DNA of 64,000 nucleotides, from contig NC_058373.1 of assembly GCF_018350175.1 (NCBI RefSeq), positions 43,834,001 to 43,898,000 of the forward strand, given 5' to 3'. Source of the stretch: Felis catus (taxonomy: Eukaryota). Below the pieces are notes generated by a model. The model was not told the DNA's origin. It ran no database searches and was given only the letters and a program-made list of their open reading frames with translations. Positions 1 through 12,608 of the stretch are shown piece after piece (position 1 is the stretch's first letter; each line of letters starts with the position of its first letter). Position numbers and translations under genes: made by a program.

Positions 1-134
1 AGAGGCAATGAAGAGATGTTTGTTGTCATCACTTTTATTGTTTTTTATACTCGTACATGTTTCCGTATAGAATATCTTGATTGATTCTAATTGTGAACGT
101 CTCAGGCATGTGGATTTATGTCACATTATTACAG

Positions 135-250
135 GTATCATCCCCCCTTTACCAGTTAGATCACACACAGATGGTCATAGTGGTTCGGTGATTTGCTCGA
201 GGTCATGCAAACAGTAACATTGGTTGGAGCTGAGACTTGAACCTAGGCTC
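135..250 (-). mobile_element. MIR SINE fragment (ancient)
   Basis: 'gtgatttgctcgaggtcatgc...gagctgagacttgaacctagg' resembles the antisense MIR core (gtgacttgcccaaggtcacacag...gggatttgaacccagg). Confidence 0.6.
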
Positions 251-2764
251 AAGCTGTAGCTCGGAACTCTCTTGTTTGGACCTCTCTTGGGTGCGCCTTG
301 CTGCCTGTAGTGGTACTAGGTTCTACTGGGTTATGAAGACCTCAGTTGGAATTGGGATAATTGGAGAAGTCACCTATGCAAATGGGCTCTAAGAACCAAC
401 GATACATTTTCTGTCCCCAGTGTGTACAGACTGAATTAGCAAGGCTTGGAATGAAATGGTCACACCCAGTTTCAGGAAATCTGTGATAAGCTTTTCCTGT
501 GTTGCTTAGTAACTCATGGGTTTAATGAAGCAGGATTTCCCCAAGCTTGGAAGAACTTGGCTTTCCAGCTAGATGAGGGTGAGTCCTTTCTCACCAAGAT
601 AAAGCCCTTATGAAATGAACAATAATAATCACTCAGATAGGAAATACTCTTGAGCAACTACCATATTCAAGCTCAGTGCTGACCATCTAGAAGTATTCAG
701 AGAGTGCTTATGCTGGGCATAGCATTCCTCTGAGCTCAGCGAAGGGCTGTGTAGTGGAAGGGGAAGTCCAAGGGTTTTAATTTAAGCTTTGCCATTTGAC
801 AGCTGGTGCCTCAGTTTCCATATCCATAATCCAACATAACGGCACTTCATACATTGTCTGGCACGTAATAAGTAAATGTTTGCAATTGCTATTATTAGTT
901 GAAAAATGTAAAATATACATTCTTCCCATCACAGAACGTAAGATCTAATAAGCATAGCCACCTCAACACAGCGTTTAATCTTTATTGAAGTGGTTTCAGA
1001 AACAGAGTCTTTGGCATCTGGAGATTTCTATCATCTTTCCCTGCCCTGCCTAAACACCTTTCATCAATGTCACCTGTTTGTTCCTTTTTCTAACTAGCTA
1101 AGAGATATTTGATTCTCTGCGCATGGAAAAGAAAAAAAAAAAAAAGCATGTTGAGAACAAACATGTTGTTTGACCACTTCATGGTCAAGAGCAGTGCCTT
1201 TTGCTAAGGCAGAGCCATCTATATTGGTCACTCCACACAGGTGCTTTCAGGGGTGACAGAACTGCTGTGATCCTCATTTGAGGTACAAGGTGGTAGAGAT
1301 GGTGATGGGAGAATGCTGAGGCAGACGTTCTCACTTCTGTAGCTACAGAGGCTGAAGGCCTGACAGGTGCCTAAGGAATGCCCTCTGCTTCTCCAGGCAG
1401 GCTCTTTCTGGAAACATACCCCTGTACTGCTAATAACACCAGATCCCTCCAACAGAGCCGCTCCACGGGTTGCCTAGCACGAGGCTAAGCCGAGAATTGG
1501 AGGAGAGTAACTTATTGTGTTCCAGCTAAGAGAGGGCTTTTGTGAGCAGCTAAGAGGAAACCTGTAAGGAGTGAATCACATGGTGTTGCTCCCAGAGATG
1601 GATCTGCCCTTTGCCCAAGAGGACTTCCTTCAGGGTCCTAGATACCACAGCGACATCACTTAGGCTTCAATCTGACATAGCTGTCTTTCTGCTGGAACTT
1701 TGCATGGATGTTCTGGTGACTTTCTCATGTGTAGACTTCCTCATGGCTAGTATTGCCATGGTGAACTCTAAGGCTGCATAACTGCAGGGCAGGCCATGTG
1801 GGGAAACCCTTGGAGGTAACCCAGAAACTTGAGCTGGTGATGAATTCAGCATCAGTATCAGTTTACCCAACTTAAGGACATTTGGGTTCAACCCACTTTG
1901 CCATCATTGTCTTTCATCCACAGAAAACAAGAATATTTCCAAAAGGGGCAAAGCTGAGTATCTTCTGGGAAGACCACACTGCTTGCCCCCGGTCTCAAAG
2001 GGTCGCATTTTGCTGATCATCTGTGCAAAATGTAGCTCGTGAAGTCCACTCTCTCCAAAGCAGTGAAGGATAAATCTACCAGTTTGAGTCTGATGTTTTA
2101 TTTATCTGTACTGGTAGCTTTATGTATGGTGTGTTTTCTCTGTTTGGGCCTCAAGGCTGGTTAAGCAAAAGGCAGGAAACATAAATAAGTAATAGACAGA
2201 GAGGGCTGTCCATTTATAGACTTTCAAAGATGACCTGGTTTTCTGTGCCAATGTAAGCATTAGTGTTGCATTAGAGTAATATGCATTTGAGATGTTTTTG
2301 CCGGTGCATTGCTGGTGATAATCAGGAGAGACATATTCATGTTCTATTTTTATAATAAAAATTAAGAAACCTCAGGGTGTACCAGGGGCCCTTGTTGGCA
2401 GCATGAAACCATGAGCTTGAGCAGTCCATTTTCCTCGGGTTGTGTGGGATCATCGTGTTCCTTTCTGCTCTTCTCCAGTTTCTGGTTATTATTAAACAAC
2501 CCTTTGTGAAGGATTAACTCTGGCTTTCCTCCCAGCTAGGAGATGTCTACACAAAGCCAGAATATCCAGCCAATTCCAGGCAAACGGGTTATTTGGTGTA
2601 GGACAGGAACAAATAACTGGTTGGCAAGCCAATTCTTCACTTTTTGATGGCTTTCCTTGGCATGGAAACAGCCTTCTGTAGTACATGGTATAAATGCTTA
2701 TGAGCATCCCGTTAGCCATTCATTCAGAAAATATTTCCTGAGGGCTCACTGTGGGATTAATTGT

Positions 2765-2862
2765 TTCTAAAATGGGGATAATAATAGTACCTACTGCATA
2801 GAATTATGTGGATTAAATGAGTTAATATGTGTAAAGGGTTTAAAACAGCGCATGGCACACTG
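2765..2862 (+). mobile_element. MIR SINE 3' half
   Basis: 'aaaatggggataataatagtacctactgcatag...gattaaatgagttaatatgtgtaaag' closely matches the recalled MIR consensus. Confidence 0.85.
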
Positions 2863-3093
2863 TTGGGGATTAGTCAATATGAGCTTGGCTGTGGAGTTCG
2901 AGTTTATTTTAAAGGCAAGAAAGAGGTAATGAAGCCAATGGTATAGGCAGATGAGTCCTTCCGAAAGGTGGTTTCAGTAGTAGGGTAGGGGGCAGAGCTC
3001 AGTGGGGCAGAGCCTAGCAGCAGGGAGAAAGGCTGTTGTCCTCTTGTCGTGCCTCTGATGGCTTTCATTTGCCTTTCTTGGGATCGCCTAGAC

Positions 3094-3264
3094 CAGTGCT
3101 CCTCAAAGTGTGGTCCCTGAACTAGTACATCACCTGGGACCTCGTCGGAAAGGCGGATTCCTGGGTCCTGTCCAGGAACCAGACTACAGAGTTTTGGTCC
3201 AGCCATCTGTTGGTTTAACAAGCTCCCCAGCTAATTTTGTCCTTGCTGAAGTTTGAGAACATTG
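3094..3264 (+). mobile_element. MER5A (hAT-Charlie MITE), near full length
   Basis: Begins 'cagtgctcctcaaagtgtggtccc', ends 'aagtttgagaacattg'; internal 'tttaacaagctccccag'; flanks resemble the TCTAGA-type hAT target (gcctagac / gtctaagt). Confidence 0.85.
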
Positions 3265-3910
3265 GTCTAAGTCTCTTGAGGGCAAGTGGAAAGGAGAGCT
3301 TTATTTAGAACCTCTTCCCCCCACCCACCCACCCACCCACACGTTAAGATGGCACTGGGTCCGCATAGGGCAGGTGCACAAGTTTTGGGGAGGGTCTCCA
3401 CGTACAAAGGCATGCCAGGTGGCAGTCTCCTTGTTAGCTGGTCACACAGAAGCAGGAGCCTTGTTAACAGAGCTCCAGGCCACCTGTGGAGCGCAGCAAA
3501 ACCAAACCTCAAATCTCTGCCTGGCTCACTGCCAAGAAAGCATTGTGACCCACCCCTGTTGATACATATGGTGTAGAGCTGAAGTGGTGCCATGCTAAGT
3601 AGGTGTTTTGTTACCAGAAAGACTGTCAGCTGCAAGACTCCAGTGTGCCTCTCATGACATTGAGAAATGAGGGAGCCCAGGTGTTCTAGGCCCTTGCGAA
3701 GCTCGTGCTGCATCTGGCTCCTGGGAGTCTATGCGCACACACCCAGAGTCATTGCATGACCAACAGAATGGATCACATTAAATGCTTCTGCCCTTTCCCA
3801 TATGAAAAGCTTGTGGCTGGGCTGGGTTTTTCTTCCTGACGTGCTGCCACCTCTGGGATGAAATAGCACAGCTGTGGATAATTCTAGAACATCCATCTAG
3901 ATCTTCTGAA

Positions 3911-4550
3911 TTCATTCATTTGTTCATTAGTGCAAATTCACATACACTGGCATGATGGGAAATAACCATAAGACCTCTCCCTCCTCAACCCGTGCTCACC
4001 CCTGGAGTATGGCACCCAGGAGGAGATAGAAGTTATCCACACAAGTGCCAGCAATTTGGAATAGCGTGCTGTATGTCAGTGGGAAAGTGCCAACAGTGGG
4101 TGGTATGAGAAATCAACGGGGCTTCCTTGGAGTGATCTGGGGAAGCTTCTTGGGAGAGGGGGTAGCATGCGATCTGGGAAGACTTTCAAGAGGTAGGGAG
4201 AAGGGATCTCCAGTGAAGAGAACTGCAAGAGCATGGGAGGTGGGAAGCACATATGGTCCCACAAGAGCCAGGGGTCCGGTTTGCCCAGGATGCCGAAAGT
4301 AGAGTACTAGAGGAAGATGAGGCTTGAAAGATAGATGGCACTGTGAATACCAAATCTCAGGCTAGGATGTAGACATGATTCCATAGGTGGGGGAGCCCTT
4401 GGAGAGTTTAGGTTGGGAGGTTGGTGTAAGCTTCATGGTGCTACAGGGCAACTGGGCTGAGAATGAAATTGGGATGGGAAGGATTTGAGGCCATTAGTAA
4501 GCGATGTGCTCAGGGTTCTAGCCATAGGAATCAGCAGATTCTAGGCTAGA
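3911..4550 (-). mobile_element. L2 LINE 3' fragment (highly diverged)
   Basis: Starts with 'ttcattcatt' (antisense L2 tail), followed by purine-rich L2-like segments such as 'ccataggtgggggagcccttggagagttt'. Confidence 0.55.
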
Positions 4551-4854
4551 ATGAAGTTTTCTGTGTTCACAAATTCATGGCTGTGGGAGGCAACCTGGAT
4601 GCTCCCAGTAAGAAGGAGGACTGAGCTTTAAATCAAAGGTTTCCTGATGTAGAAAGCCATCAAAACTCTCCACAGATGGAGAGGAAGAGAGAAGAGTCAC
4701 TGCGTGATGCCACTTGCTTTTCTGGTCCATGGTTCTTGGTCACCTGTCAGAGAAAACATTCCTCTCTTTATGTATGAACACCAGAGGTCCTCAATATCCC
4801 ATGCTAGCCAAGCCCAGAGCATCTCAACAATGCCACGGGGCCTTGGCAAGGGGC

Positions 4855-4907
4855 TGAGTCACGGGCTTGGTTCTGACTCAGAGGAGTCAGAACCACCTAC
4901 TGAGTCA
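4855..4907. promoter_or_regulatory. Cluster of three perfect AP-1 (TGASTCA) sites
   Basis: TGAGTCA 4855-4861, TGACTCA 4874-4880, TGAGTCA 4901-4907 in non-repeat DNA. Confidence 0.5.
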
Positions 4908-5980
4908 TTTGCAGGAGCTGTGGTTTCCCGGGAGGCTTTCCAACCAGTTACCCACCCTGCCGAATGGCTGGTAGCATGCAAGATCTGAAGGGAGCCGCAC
5001 TTGACTGTGCCATGGCTTCAGGCAAATGCAAGTTGCATATCTCAAACTGTTGCATGGAAATTATTTCCTTGCTCTGCACAGAGAAACTTGGCACTTGGTA
5101 GTAACAGATAAACAAATGAAACTTCTTTTTACTCACCTGTTAGTTACTTGATCTTAAGGAGGTCTCAGTTTCCCCAACTACGAATGAACAACTACTCATG
5201 GACAGTTGTGATTTCTGAAAGAATCGTTGGTTTCTCTTGAGGAAGGTCCAGAATTTTCCAAATTTTGCACGAATCTGCCTTCCCCTATAGACTAGTTGCC
5301 TGAGAATCCTGGTGGAAATGGAATTTGGTCCACATCCAAATTTGGCGCCTCCGTTCCTTACACCTTTATTTACCTCTGCTCAAGCAGCTTTGCCTTCTTG
5401 AGTCTCTCATGTTTTTCTACTGTGAGTAGTCTTAGAAATTTCAAGTACCGAGAAATCTTTGCACTCAGGGATACACCATAGTTTGTTTTTCAGGGTGAAC
5501 TCAAAGATACTGGTACTGCTGTGTTTTTCCAAATAAAAGTTGCTCCTCTACCCCCACCACTGGATCTTTGTTTTAATGAAGACATCTCTTGATTCAGTAT
5601 CCTTTTCGAGATAGCTTTTAGGATTCAGGATTAGAACCAGTCCTATTGGTGAAGTCTAGTACCTAACTGCCAGCAAGTGAGCATGGATTCCTAGCATGTA
5701 TGAAGTTGAAGTGCTAAGCCAATACAGTGGTTAACATGGTTCCTTAACATTGAGCTAATGTTGATCTAATGAATATTTAGCTGGAGATCAAGGCTAGCTG
5801 TGTGGAGTCCAAGCTCTTAACCATTCATAAGGCAGAAAAGCAAAGAAGGTTGAGATTTTTGCCAGACCGTGTCCCTTCTTTTCCTGCCCTTAATTTGGTT
5901 ATGAGGAAGTCACAGTGCCCTGTGACCTGTAAGGGGTTCTCTTGTAGATCTTTATCTCTGTCTCTTTCTGTCCCTTTCTC

Positions 5981-5982
<2 letters not shown>

Positions 5983-6028
<46 letters not shown>
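5983..6028 (+). repeat. (TG)23 microsatellite
   Basis: Perfect dinucleotide run read directly. Confidence 0.98.
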
Positions 6029-6030
<2 letters not shown>

Positions 6031-7206
6031 CGCACGTGCACAAGGCGAGGCAGTTTTGGCCCTGTGCAAGATACTCAGGAGCATTAAATCTTGGCATTAG
6101 CCTCAACGCTTTTGATACCAGTGCCTGTTTTCTGGAGGCAAAATAAGGCTACTTGATGAAAAGAAAGGATAGTCAAATGTCAGAGACTTGCAAAGCTCCC
6201 AGAGTCTAGGAGATTGGCAGAGCCGTTCCTCTGGAAGCTGGAGCCAGGCATCTCCTCTCCTGAGCCAGTCGCTCTGTGGCTCTGAGCTGGGTTTCTCTTC
6301 TGTGGGGAGTTAGGGGAGTGAGTTAGGAAAGGAGGTTGGGCAGGGATAGGATGTCTGATGGTGACGAGGGGGCGGTGAATGCTGGTGGGCTGCCCCTTCC
6401 CTTCCGGAGCAGGGTCTCTGTGCCTCTGGTCGGGGCAGCCCGCCTGCCAAGGCCTCACATCTCCTGGGCCTGTCTGGCCCACGTGAACATTGCTGCTGCT
6501 GCAGTCAAACACACCCTTCATGTTCCCAGGCAGAATTTTCTCACAGATGGGGGTTCTGCCTCAGATCTTGACCAATCACCCTTCTAAGCGGCTTTTTGTC
6601 CCCTACCCTTTAAAAATATATGTGGGGGGGGGTCCCTCTCACAACACCGTTAAGAGAGAACACCACTGTCCTGTTAACATCAGAGAACAGAATACTTTCT
6701 GCTTCTCAGGGGCCGCTTGCCCATCTGATGTGCAGCCATAAGGAAAATATAAGGGGCCTTACCTAGGCAAATATGAGGCTGTTGGATTTTAGTTCATACT
6801 GCTGTGCCCTACCAGTATCTGCCACTGGGCTAATAAGCCCTGGGGCTCAGAGATCAATCAATCCTGATCTTCATGGATCTCAGTCTCTGCAGGATAGCAG
6901 GGGAGTAGGTAATGACAGTCACACATGCTAAGTGTGACCATAGAGGGTGGGTCTCATCTCAACACGACAGAGGTAGTGGGGGATCTACCTTGGGCACATA
7001 AGGAAGGGATTTAGAAGTCTGTATTCTCTCAGGGAATGGGAGATGATTAAATACAAAGCTGTCTCATTAATTCCAAAGTAGGGAAGGAACGTCTCATGTC
7101 CGAAAGTGTTCACAACATTAGCTAGAGGACAGACTCCTGGCCCCTTGCTTCTTTAAGTATTTTCTGTTACAATCCCAAGGCTTTCCTAGGCCATTTTTAT
7201 CACACT

Positions 7207-7220
7207 GTGCCATCTGGTGT
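7207..7220 (-). promoter_or_regulatory. Candidate CTCF motif
   Basis: Reverse complement ACACCAGATGGCAC matches CCASYAGRKGGCRS at 13/14. Confidence 0.4.
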
Positions 7221-7584
7221 TGGGTCACCTGTGTGTTTATCTTCTCTGTATTGGGAAGGAAGGGACTTCATCCTGAAGGACCAGGGCCATATCTTCTTCT
7301 CAAAGACATCCCTCGCAGCCCCATATAGAAGGTACCTAAGGAATTGAATGTTTCTGTTTCCCCACTTGTGTCGACATTGGGAGTGGAGGTGGGAGGATAT
7401 GCTCCTCCCTCCTCCTGTTCCACTGTGACTAAATAGGGCACACCCCCAAGGGCTTACAGTATTTATTAGCTGCAAAATAATGGGAGGTGGGAGGAGACTG
7501 GTATATCAGATCTCAGGTGCACATTGAATTTTTCAGTCTGTACATGCTCTCCAGAATTGAAATATGCAGTGATTTGCTAGAGCT

Positions 7585-7770
7585 CTGCTGTCCAATATGG
7601 CAGCCACTGACTACCTGCTGATGACTTAAATTTCCATTAAATAAAATGAAGAAATTCAGTTCCACACCAGCCACATTTCAAGTGCTCAGTAGCCACAAGT
7701 GATTATTAGCTACAGGGTTGGTCAGTGCAGAACATGTCTATCACTGTGGAATGTTCCCATGGACAGCCCC
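7585..7770 (-). mobile_element. MER3 (hAT-Charlie MITE)
   Basis: 'ctgctgtccaatatggcagccact...ccacatttcaagtgctcagtagccac...ggacagc' matches antisense MER3; preceded by a 'ctagag' hAT-like target. Confidence 0.85.
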
Positions 7771-7889
7771 GGGATGCAGCATTTCTTCCAAGTAGCATTT
7801 CTGGATCCAAACTGTATGCCATGAATCCTCTCCAGCTGAATTACTTGAAGGCAAGTAGAGAAAAGAGCTTATCAAAATAAACCTTCATA

Positions 7890-8005
7890 GGGTCCTCCCT
7901 AGATCTCAGTCAGAATCTCTGGGAGGGAAGGAGTTGGGGAAACCGGGAATCTGTCTTTTAACAAGTACCCCCAGATGGCTATTATGCATGCTCACATTTC
8001 AGGAT
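7890..8005 (+). mobile_element. MER5-family fragment
   Basis: 'cagaatctctggg...gggaatctgtcttttaacaagtacccccagatg' resembles the MER5A/B 3' half. Confidence 0.55.
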
Positions 8006-9217
8006 CAGTCCTCCAAGGGAAGCCAGAAGTTGAATAGCAGACCTGAAAAACCTCCTGGTATAGCAATTCTGAGCATCTGAGATGTCTTATAGTCCATTCC
8101 ACTCCAGTGTAAGATTTCCTAACCCAACATTTCCAAGAGTATGCGACTGGAGCTCCCAGATTGCAGCGAAGGGCACTGTCTCTGTAAAGTCCTGCCCAAG
8201 CTTCCACCAAGCAGTAAATAATGAAGAAAGAGGCTGTCCTAGCATTATCTCCCTTTCTCCTCTTGCAGAACCAGGAGGATGGAAATAACCTCGCTGTTCC
8301 CCTTGAGCATGTTTGAATCACAAGTACCTTCCTCTAAAATAAATTTATTTCCTGCTGCCTTCATCCCAACAAAGACCAGCCAGTGATGAATACCAGACTT
8401 CATAGCTTATTTGTCAAAGCAGCACACCTGTGAGGATTCCTGTGGAAGATAAATTTTGGTTTGGGGGAGGGGCGCCTGGAGGAGGAGGGACCTGGCCAGG
8501 AATAAATCTTAACATGTTGCACCAGACGGTGAATGAGCGTTTGCCTCACAAGGCTCGCCCTCCTGACAAGGTATGATAAATTACCCTGTATGTTGACACC
8601 TTCATTGGGTTATTTATGGCTCATTAATTGAACCGAAAAGGGGCCTTGTAGACCCAGCAGGGTACCTTACAATGCTCCTCCAGTGGACCCAGCTCAAAGA
8701 GAAGAACAAAGGAGGGCAGAGGGGGGAGGGGGCACACAAATGTGTCTGCTTCTTGGCTTGAGACACTCTTGAAATCCAGAGATTTCAAGATGTGTTTTAA
8801 AAAAAAGAAAAAAGAAAAAACCTGGGGAAGCGCAGGTGAACCTCTCTGGGGATGATTAGCTGTGTACCTCACACCCAGCCTGTGCTGTTGTCTGGCTCCT
8901 TCTAGAGAAGCCTGTGCCTAGAGCTCTGTGCACAATTGCCATTGTTGCTTTAGATTTGCCCAGAAAGTCAGCTTGCCATAATGGAGACCCTCAGAGGCCC
9001 CAGACATGGCCCTAGGTCGTTCGTGAACTTGCTGTGGGACACTGGAGAGGCCAATCGATCTCTTTGAGCTTCAGACTTTTCCCTTATGAAGTGAAGGTAT
9101 CAGACTGGATGATCTCAGAGTCTTTTATATTTCTAAAGGGTCCAAGAAAACAAAGAACCGTTTGCTCTTCACTTCCCATTGTATTTACACCTCCATTTCT
9201 GGTGACTAATGGTTTGT

Positions 9218-9335
9218 TTATTCATTTGATAAATAGTATTTACAGAGATCCTGTCATGTATCAGTTCCAAGGCGGGGATGCAGGCATACTGGCTATGTAT
9301 AGTCTTGTCAGCTTCCATGAGTTTTCAATGTAGAC
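9218..9335 (-). mobile_element. L2 3' end fragment
   Basis: 'ttattcatttgataaatagtatttacagagatcctgtcatgtatcag...gcttccatgagttttcaatgtag' resembles the antisense L2 terminus. Confidence 0.55.
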
Positions 9336-9639
9336 TTTTATTTGTGTTTTCAGGGGCTGGTTAGTACTTAAGGAGGAATTGAATCCTTCAGTTAAGTACT
9401 TACAGGAGAGCCCCTTAGAATAAGCTCGCTTTTACTTGACAATAAGGTAACATGCAGTATTTCCAGATATTTTGTGTGAAAGGCTATCTCCCCAGGGTGC
9501 CACTGTGGTCCGTGGCTAAGTTGAAAGGCCTCTCTTTTAAAGTGTCAGGCGTTTTCCCTGTTGTTGCCTTCCAGAAGGTTCTATCCTGTAGAAATAACGT
9601 CTGAATAAAAGGAATGGCAGCATGTTTTCCCTCATGTAT

Positions 9640-10370
9640 TTATTCATTCATCCATTTAATTATTTCTTTTTCCATAGTATTTTATTGAGCATGTACTCAC
9701 ATCTTTGTGTCAATCTGTGTTCACAAGATGAATGAAACCAAACTCAAGGAAATTACACTCTGGTGGGAAGGCAAATGCACTCCATGATCATTGAGTACTA
9801 CTATAGTCGTTTCCTTAGAATCTATGGCAACATGTGGGAACAGAAGCTTAACTGTGCTGGGGAAAGCTTCCAAGATAATGAAATTGGGTTTTAAAGGACG
9901 GCTAGGAGTTTGCTGGGCATACAAGTTGTAGAAGATTATTCCACATAGAGCAAAGAATGTGTGTAAAAGCACAAATATGCACATCAGCTGTTTGAGAAAT
10001 TACAAATAATTCAGTCTGGTTCGTGTCGAGTATGAATTCGGGAGATGGGAGGCCAAGTGTGGAAGATGGGGCTGGAACTAGGCCAGATCTTGAAGAGGCT
10101 TGTGTGAAATACCGAGGAGCCTGCACTTTGTCCTGAAGGCTATGAGAACCACTTGAAGAGATTTATTCAGAGGAAAGGTATAGTAAAATCAATGTTTCAG
10201 GGAGAACTTCTGGTACCAGGGTGGAGCGGGCTTTCATGTGTAGGAGATCAGTGGAGGAAAAACCTGCTAGATGACTATTGCAATAGTCCGAGCAAGAGCA
10301 AATACATGGGCTCAGAGCAAGGGCATGGCTGTGAGGAAGGTGGAGAGAACACAGGACTGGCAACTAGAAG
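9640..10370 (-). mobile_element. L2 LINE 3' region
   Basis: Antisense tail 'attcattcatccatt...tttattgagcatgtact', then L2 motifs 'ggccagatcttgaagaggcttgtg...gcactttgtcctgaaggctatgagaaccacttgaag' and 'gatgactattgcaatagtcc'. Confidence 0.8.
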
Positions 10371-10949
10371 GCCTTGATTCTAATCCAGGCTCTGTTGGTA
10401 TCCACTGTGAATTATTTATCTTCTCCAAGACGTGTGACTGTCTGTTCTCTAACCTGACTCTGACATTCTATAAGGATCGGGTTTCCTATATACTCCCTGT
10501 AGTTAGAAGCGGGAAGAGGGAGGAATTTAAGGGGCCAGTATTTAAAATTGAGGGAAATTTTATTTAGTAGTAACGGGAGGCATGTTTATCAGCTCTTTCC
10601 TGCTAAGAAGATAGATGGGCCGTGGTAAATGAATGCTACAACTGGTGATAGGCCAGGTTCTTTGCCTCCATTCCAAAACCCACAGAGAGGGCTTCCTTAA
10701 GACTCATACAAAACTCGGGGTTTGTAGAACCCATATTCTGCTTTAGGAATCAACTACCAGGCAGCTAGATGGGACAGCACCCAGGAGAACTGGTCCACAC
10801 ATGCTGAGTACTTTCTGCCTCGTCAGTCAGGTGAGAAGGATCAGCATGCCGAGTGCATACACCCTCAGAAAGGCATTTCAACCATTTGAAGAGATCTCTA
10901 CTCTTTTCTCCACCCAAGGTTTCCAGTGAAATTACTTTTTTATTCCAAA

Positions 10950-11400
10950 ATGAAAATAATTCTTTCTCTGATATCAAAAAAGAACATGCTCATTGTGAAG
11001 ACACCAAACTGTTTTAAAAAAATATATAGAATAAAATTGACCTGAAATCTCAAAATCCAGGTAATAAATCAATGTATCTGTAAGGATCCTTCCAGGCATC
11101 TTCTCGGTGTGAAATATTCTGGATGTATTGACATGTATGGGCCAGATCCCATAAACTGTTTTATTCAGGCAGTAATATCTTGGGGATATCTTTTGTGATA
11201 CTTTACTGCTTCATCATTTTTATGACACAGAGTATTCGTTCATTGATAGATCATAACGCATTCAGCTGATAGATCAGTATTAACGGACATGTAGGTTGAT
11301 ACCAATTTTTCCTTTATAAACAAGGCTAAAGAATACCTGTGTACATTGATGTTTGTGCATTTGTCATATTATTTCCTACAAACGAAGCTGCAAGGGCAAA
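10950..11400 (-). mobile_element. Old L1 (L1ME-like) 3' fragment
   Basis: 'ggacatgtaggttgataccaatttttcctttataaacaaggctaaagaatacctgtgtacat' resembles the antisense L1M 3' region. Confidence 0.6.
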
Positions 11401-12077
11401 GTTTATGCATATTTTTAAGCTTGGCTACTATTACGAAACGTGCTCTCTGGGAAGAGTTACCGTTGTGCCTAAAATGTAATTTAACACGCATTTTCTTTGG
11501 CTGGAAAACCAGTGTGCCAGGACTTGCAGGTGGGACGAGATTGAGACGAGGTGGGGTGGGGTGCGGGGGGACTCTGTGGTGTGCCCCACAACTCTCTTCA
11601 CCAAGCACCGCTGAGTCCATAGTCCGGATGGGAGCCTGAGACTTTGCCAAGGGCTCATAGAAAGCTTTGGAGAGTCAGGATGCCAGCTAACACTAGGTCA
11701 ATAGGGTGCCTTCCAGCTTCCTCTCCAGAGTAGCTAACCCTAGATCCCAGGACATTTGGCTTCTGAATAACAGCGTGTCAGTACATGCACAAGCTGGAAG
11801 AAATGCAGACGCAGAGAAGCCTTCATAACCACAGGTGTCTACCTTTCTGAAATGTTACCTTCTCTGGGCCCCAGTGCAGTGTCTTCCGGTCTCTAATACC
11901 ACAGCCTTCTGTCCTTGGTGTCCAAGGACAGGTCCAATTCAGTATACTCCAGGCTTCCATGCGTGGCAGACCATGCAGGCCAGGTATGGCTTCATCACTT
12001 GACACCATGTGATGAGTTTGAGTGGAGTTGCCCAACCATTGTGTTTCCATTCATGACAAGCATGGCGTTTCCATCTC

Positions 12078-12290
12078 TTTATTCATTGCTCATTTATTCA
12101 ACGTATATTACTGAGAACTTGTGTTATTGCCAGCACCGTGCTGGGTCCTGGGCAGAACACAAAAATGAGTAAGAACTTAGAGGGTCATGGTGTTTTTGAG
12201 AAAAGAGGAATCCTGAGACTTGTCAGGTCCAACCTCCTCATATCCCTGTTGGGGAAACTGAGGTCCAGAGAAGTGAGAGTTTTGTCTCCA
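12078..12290 (-). mobile_element. L2 3' end followed by MIR fragment
   Basis: 'tttattcaacgtatattactgagaacttgtgttattgccagcaccgtgctggg' (L2 tail), then 'ggggaaactgaggtccagagaagtgag' (MIR core). Confidence 0.6.
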
Positions 12291-12608
12291 GTTGTCATTC
12301 TGCATATCACTTCCGCCAGTCGGGTGTGGAGTATACTTTTCCTAAATTGGAGCAGCTGAGCCAGAATGCCATGAATGTCCCCTCTGAGGACAGCTAGACT
12401 TGCAGGACCAGAGTGTTTATGACTGGGCCATAGAGACATGGCGTCCTAACTATTGTGGGCTCGGGGGTGCACGGGAAACGGAGCAGTGCTTTGTGGTCTC
12501 TAACAGTTTGGTAACTTGACATCTCTCGGCTGGTCTTGAGATCAGCCATCAGCCTGGTTCAGCCATCTCCTTTAGTTTTGAATGTGGGAGTCTTTAAAAT
12601 CTCCTTTG

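Noticed and set aside
5802-6146. ORFs with CV/TH repeats (also 63300-63569) and poly-L/poly-V ORFs (33898-34194, 61404-61679)
   Set aside because: Read-through of (TG)n, (CA)n, (CTA)n and (GTT)n microsatellites.
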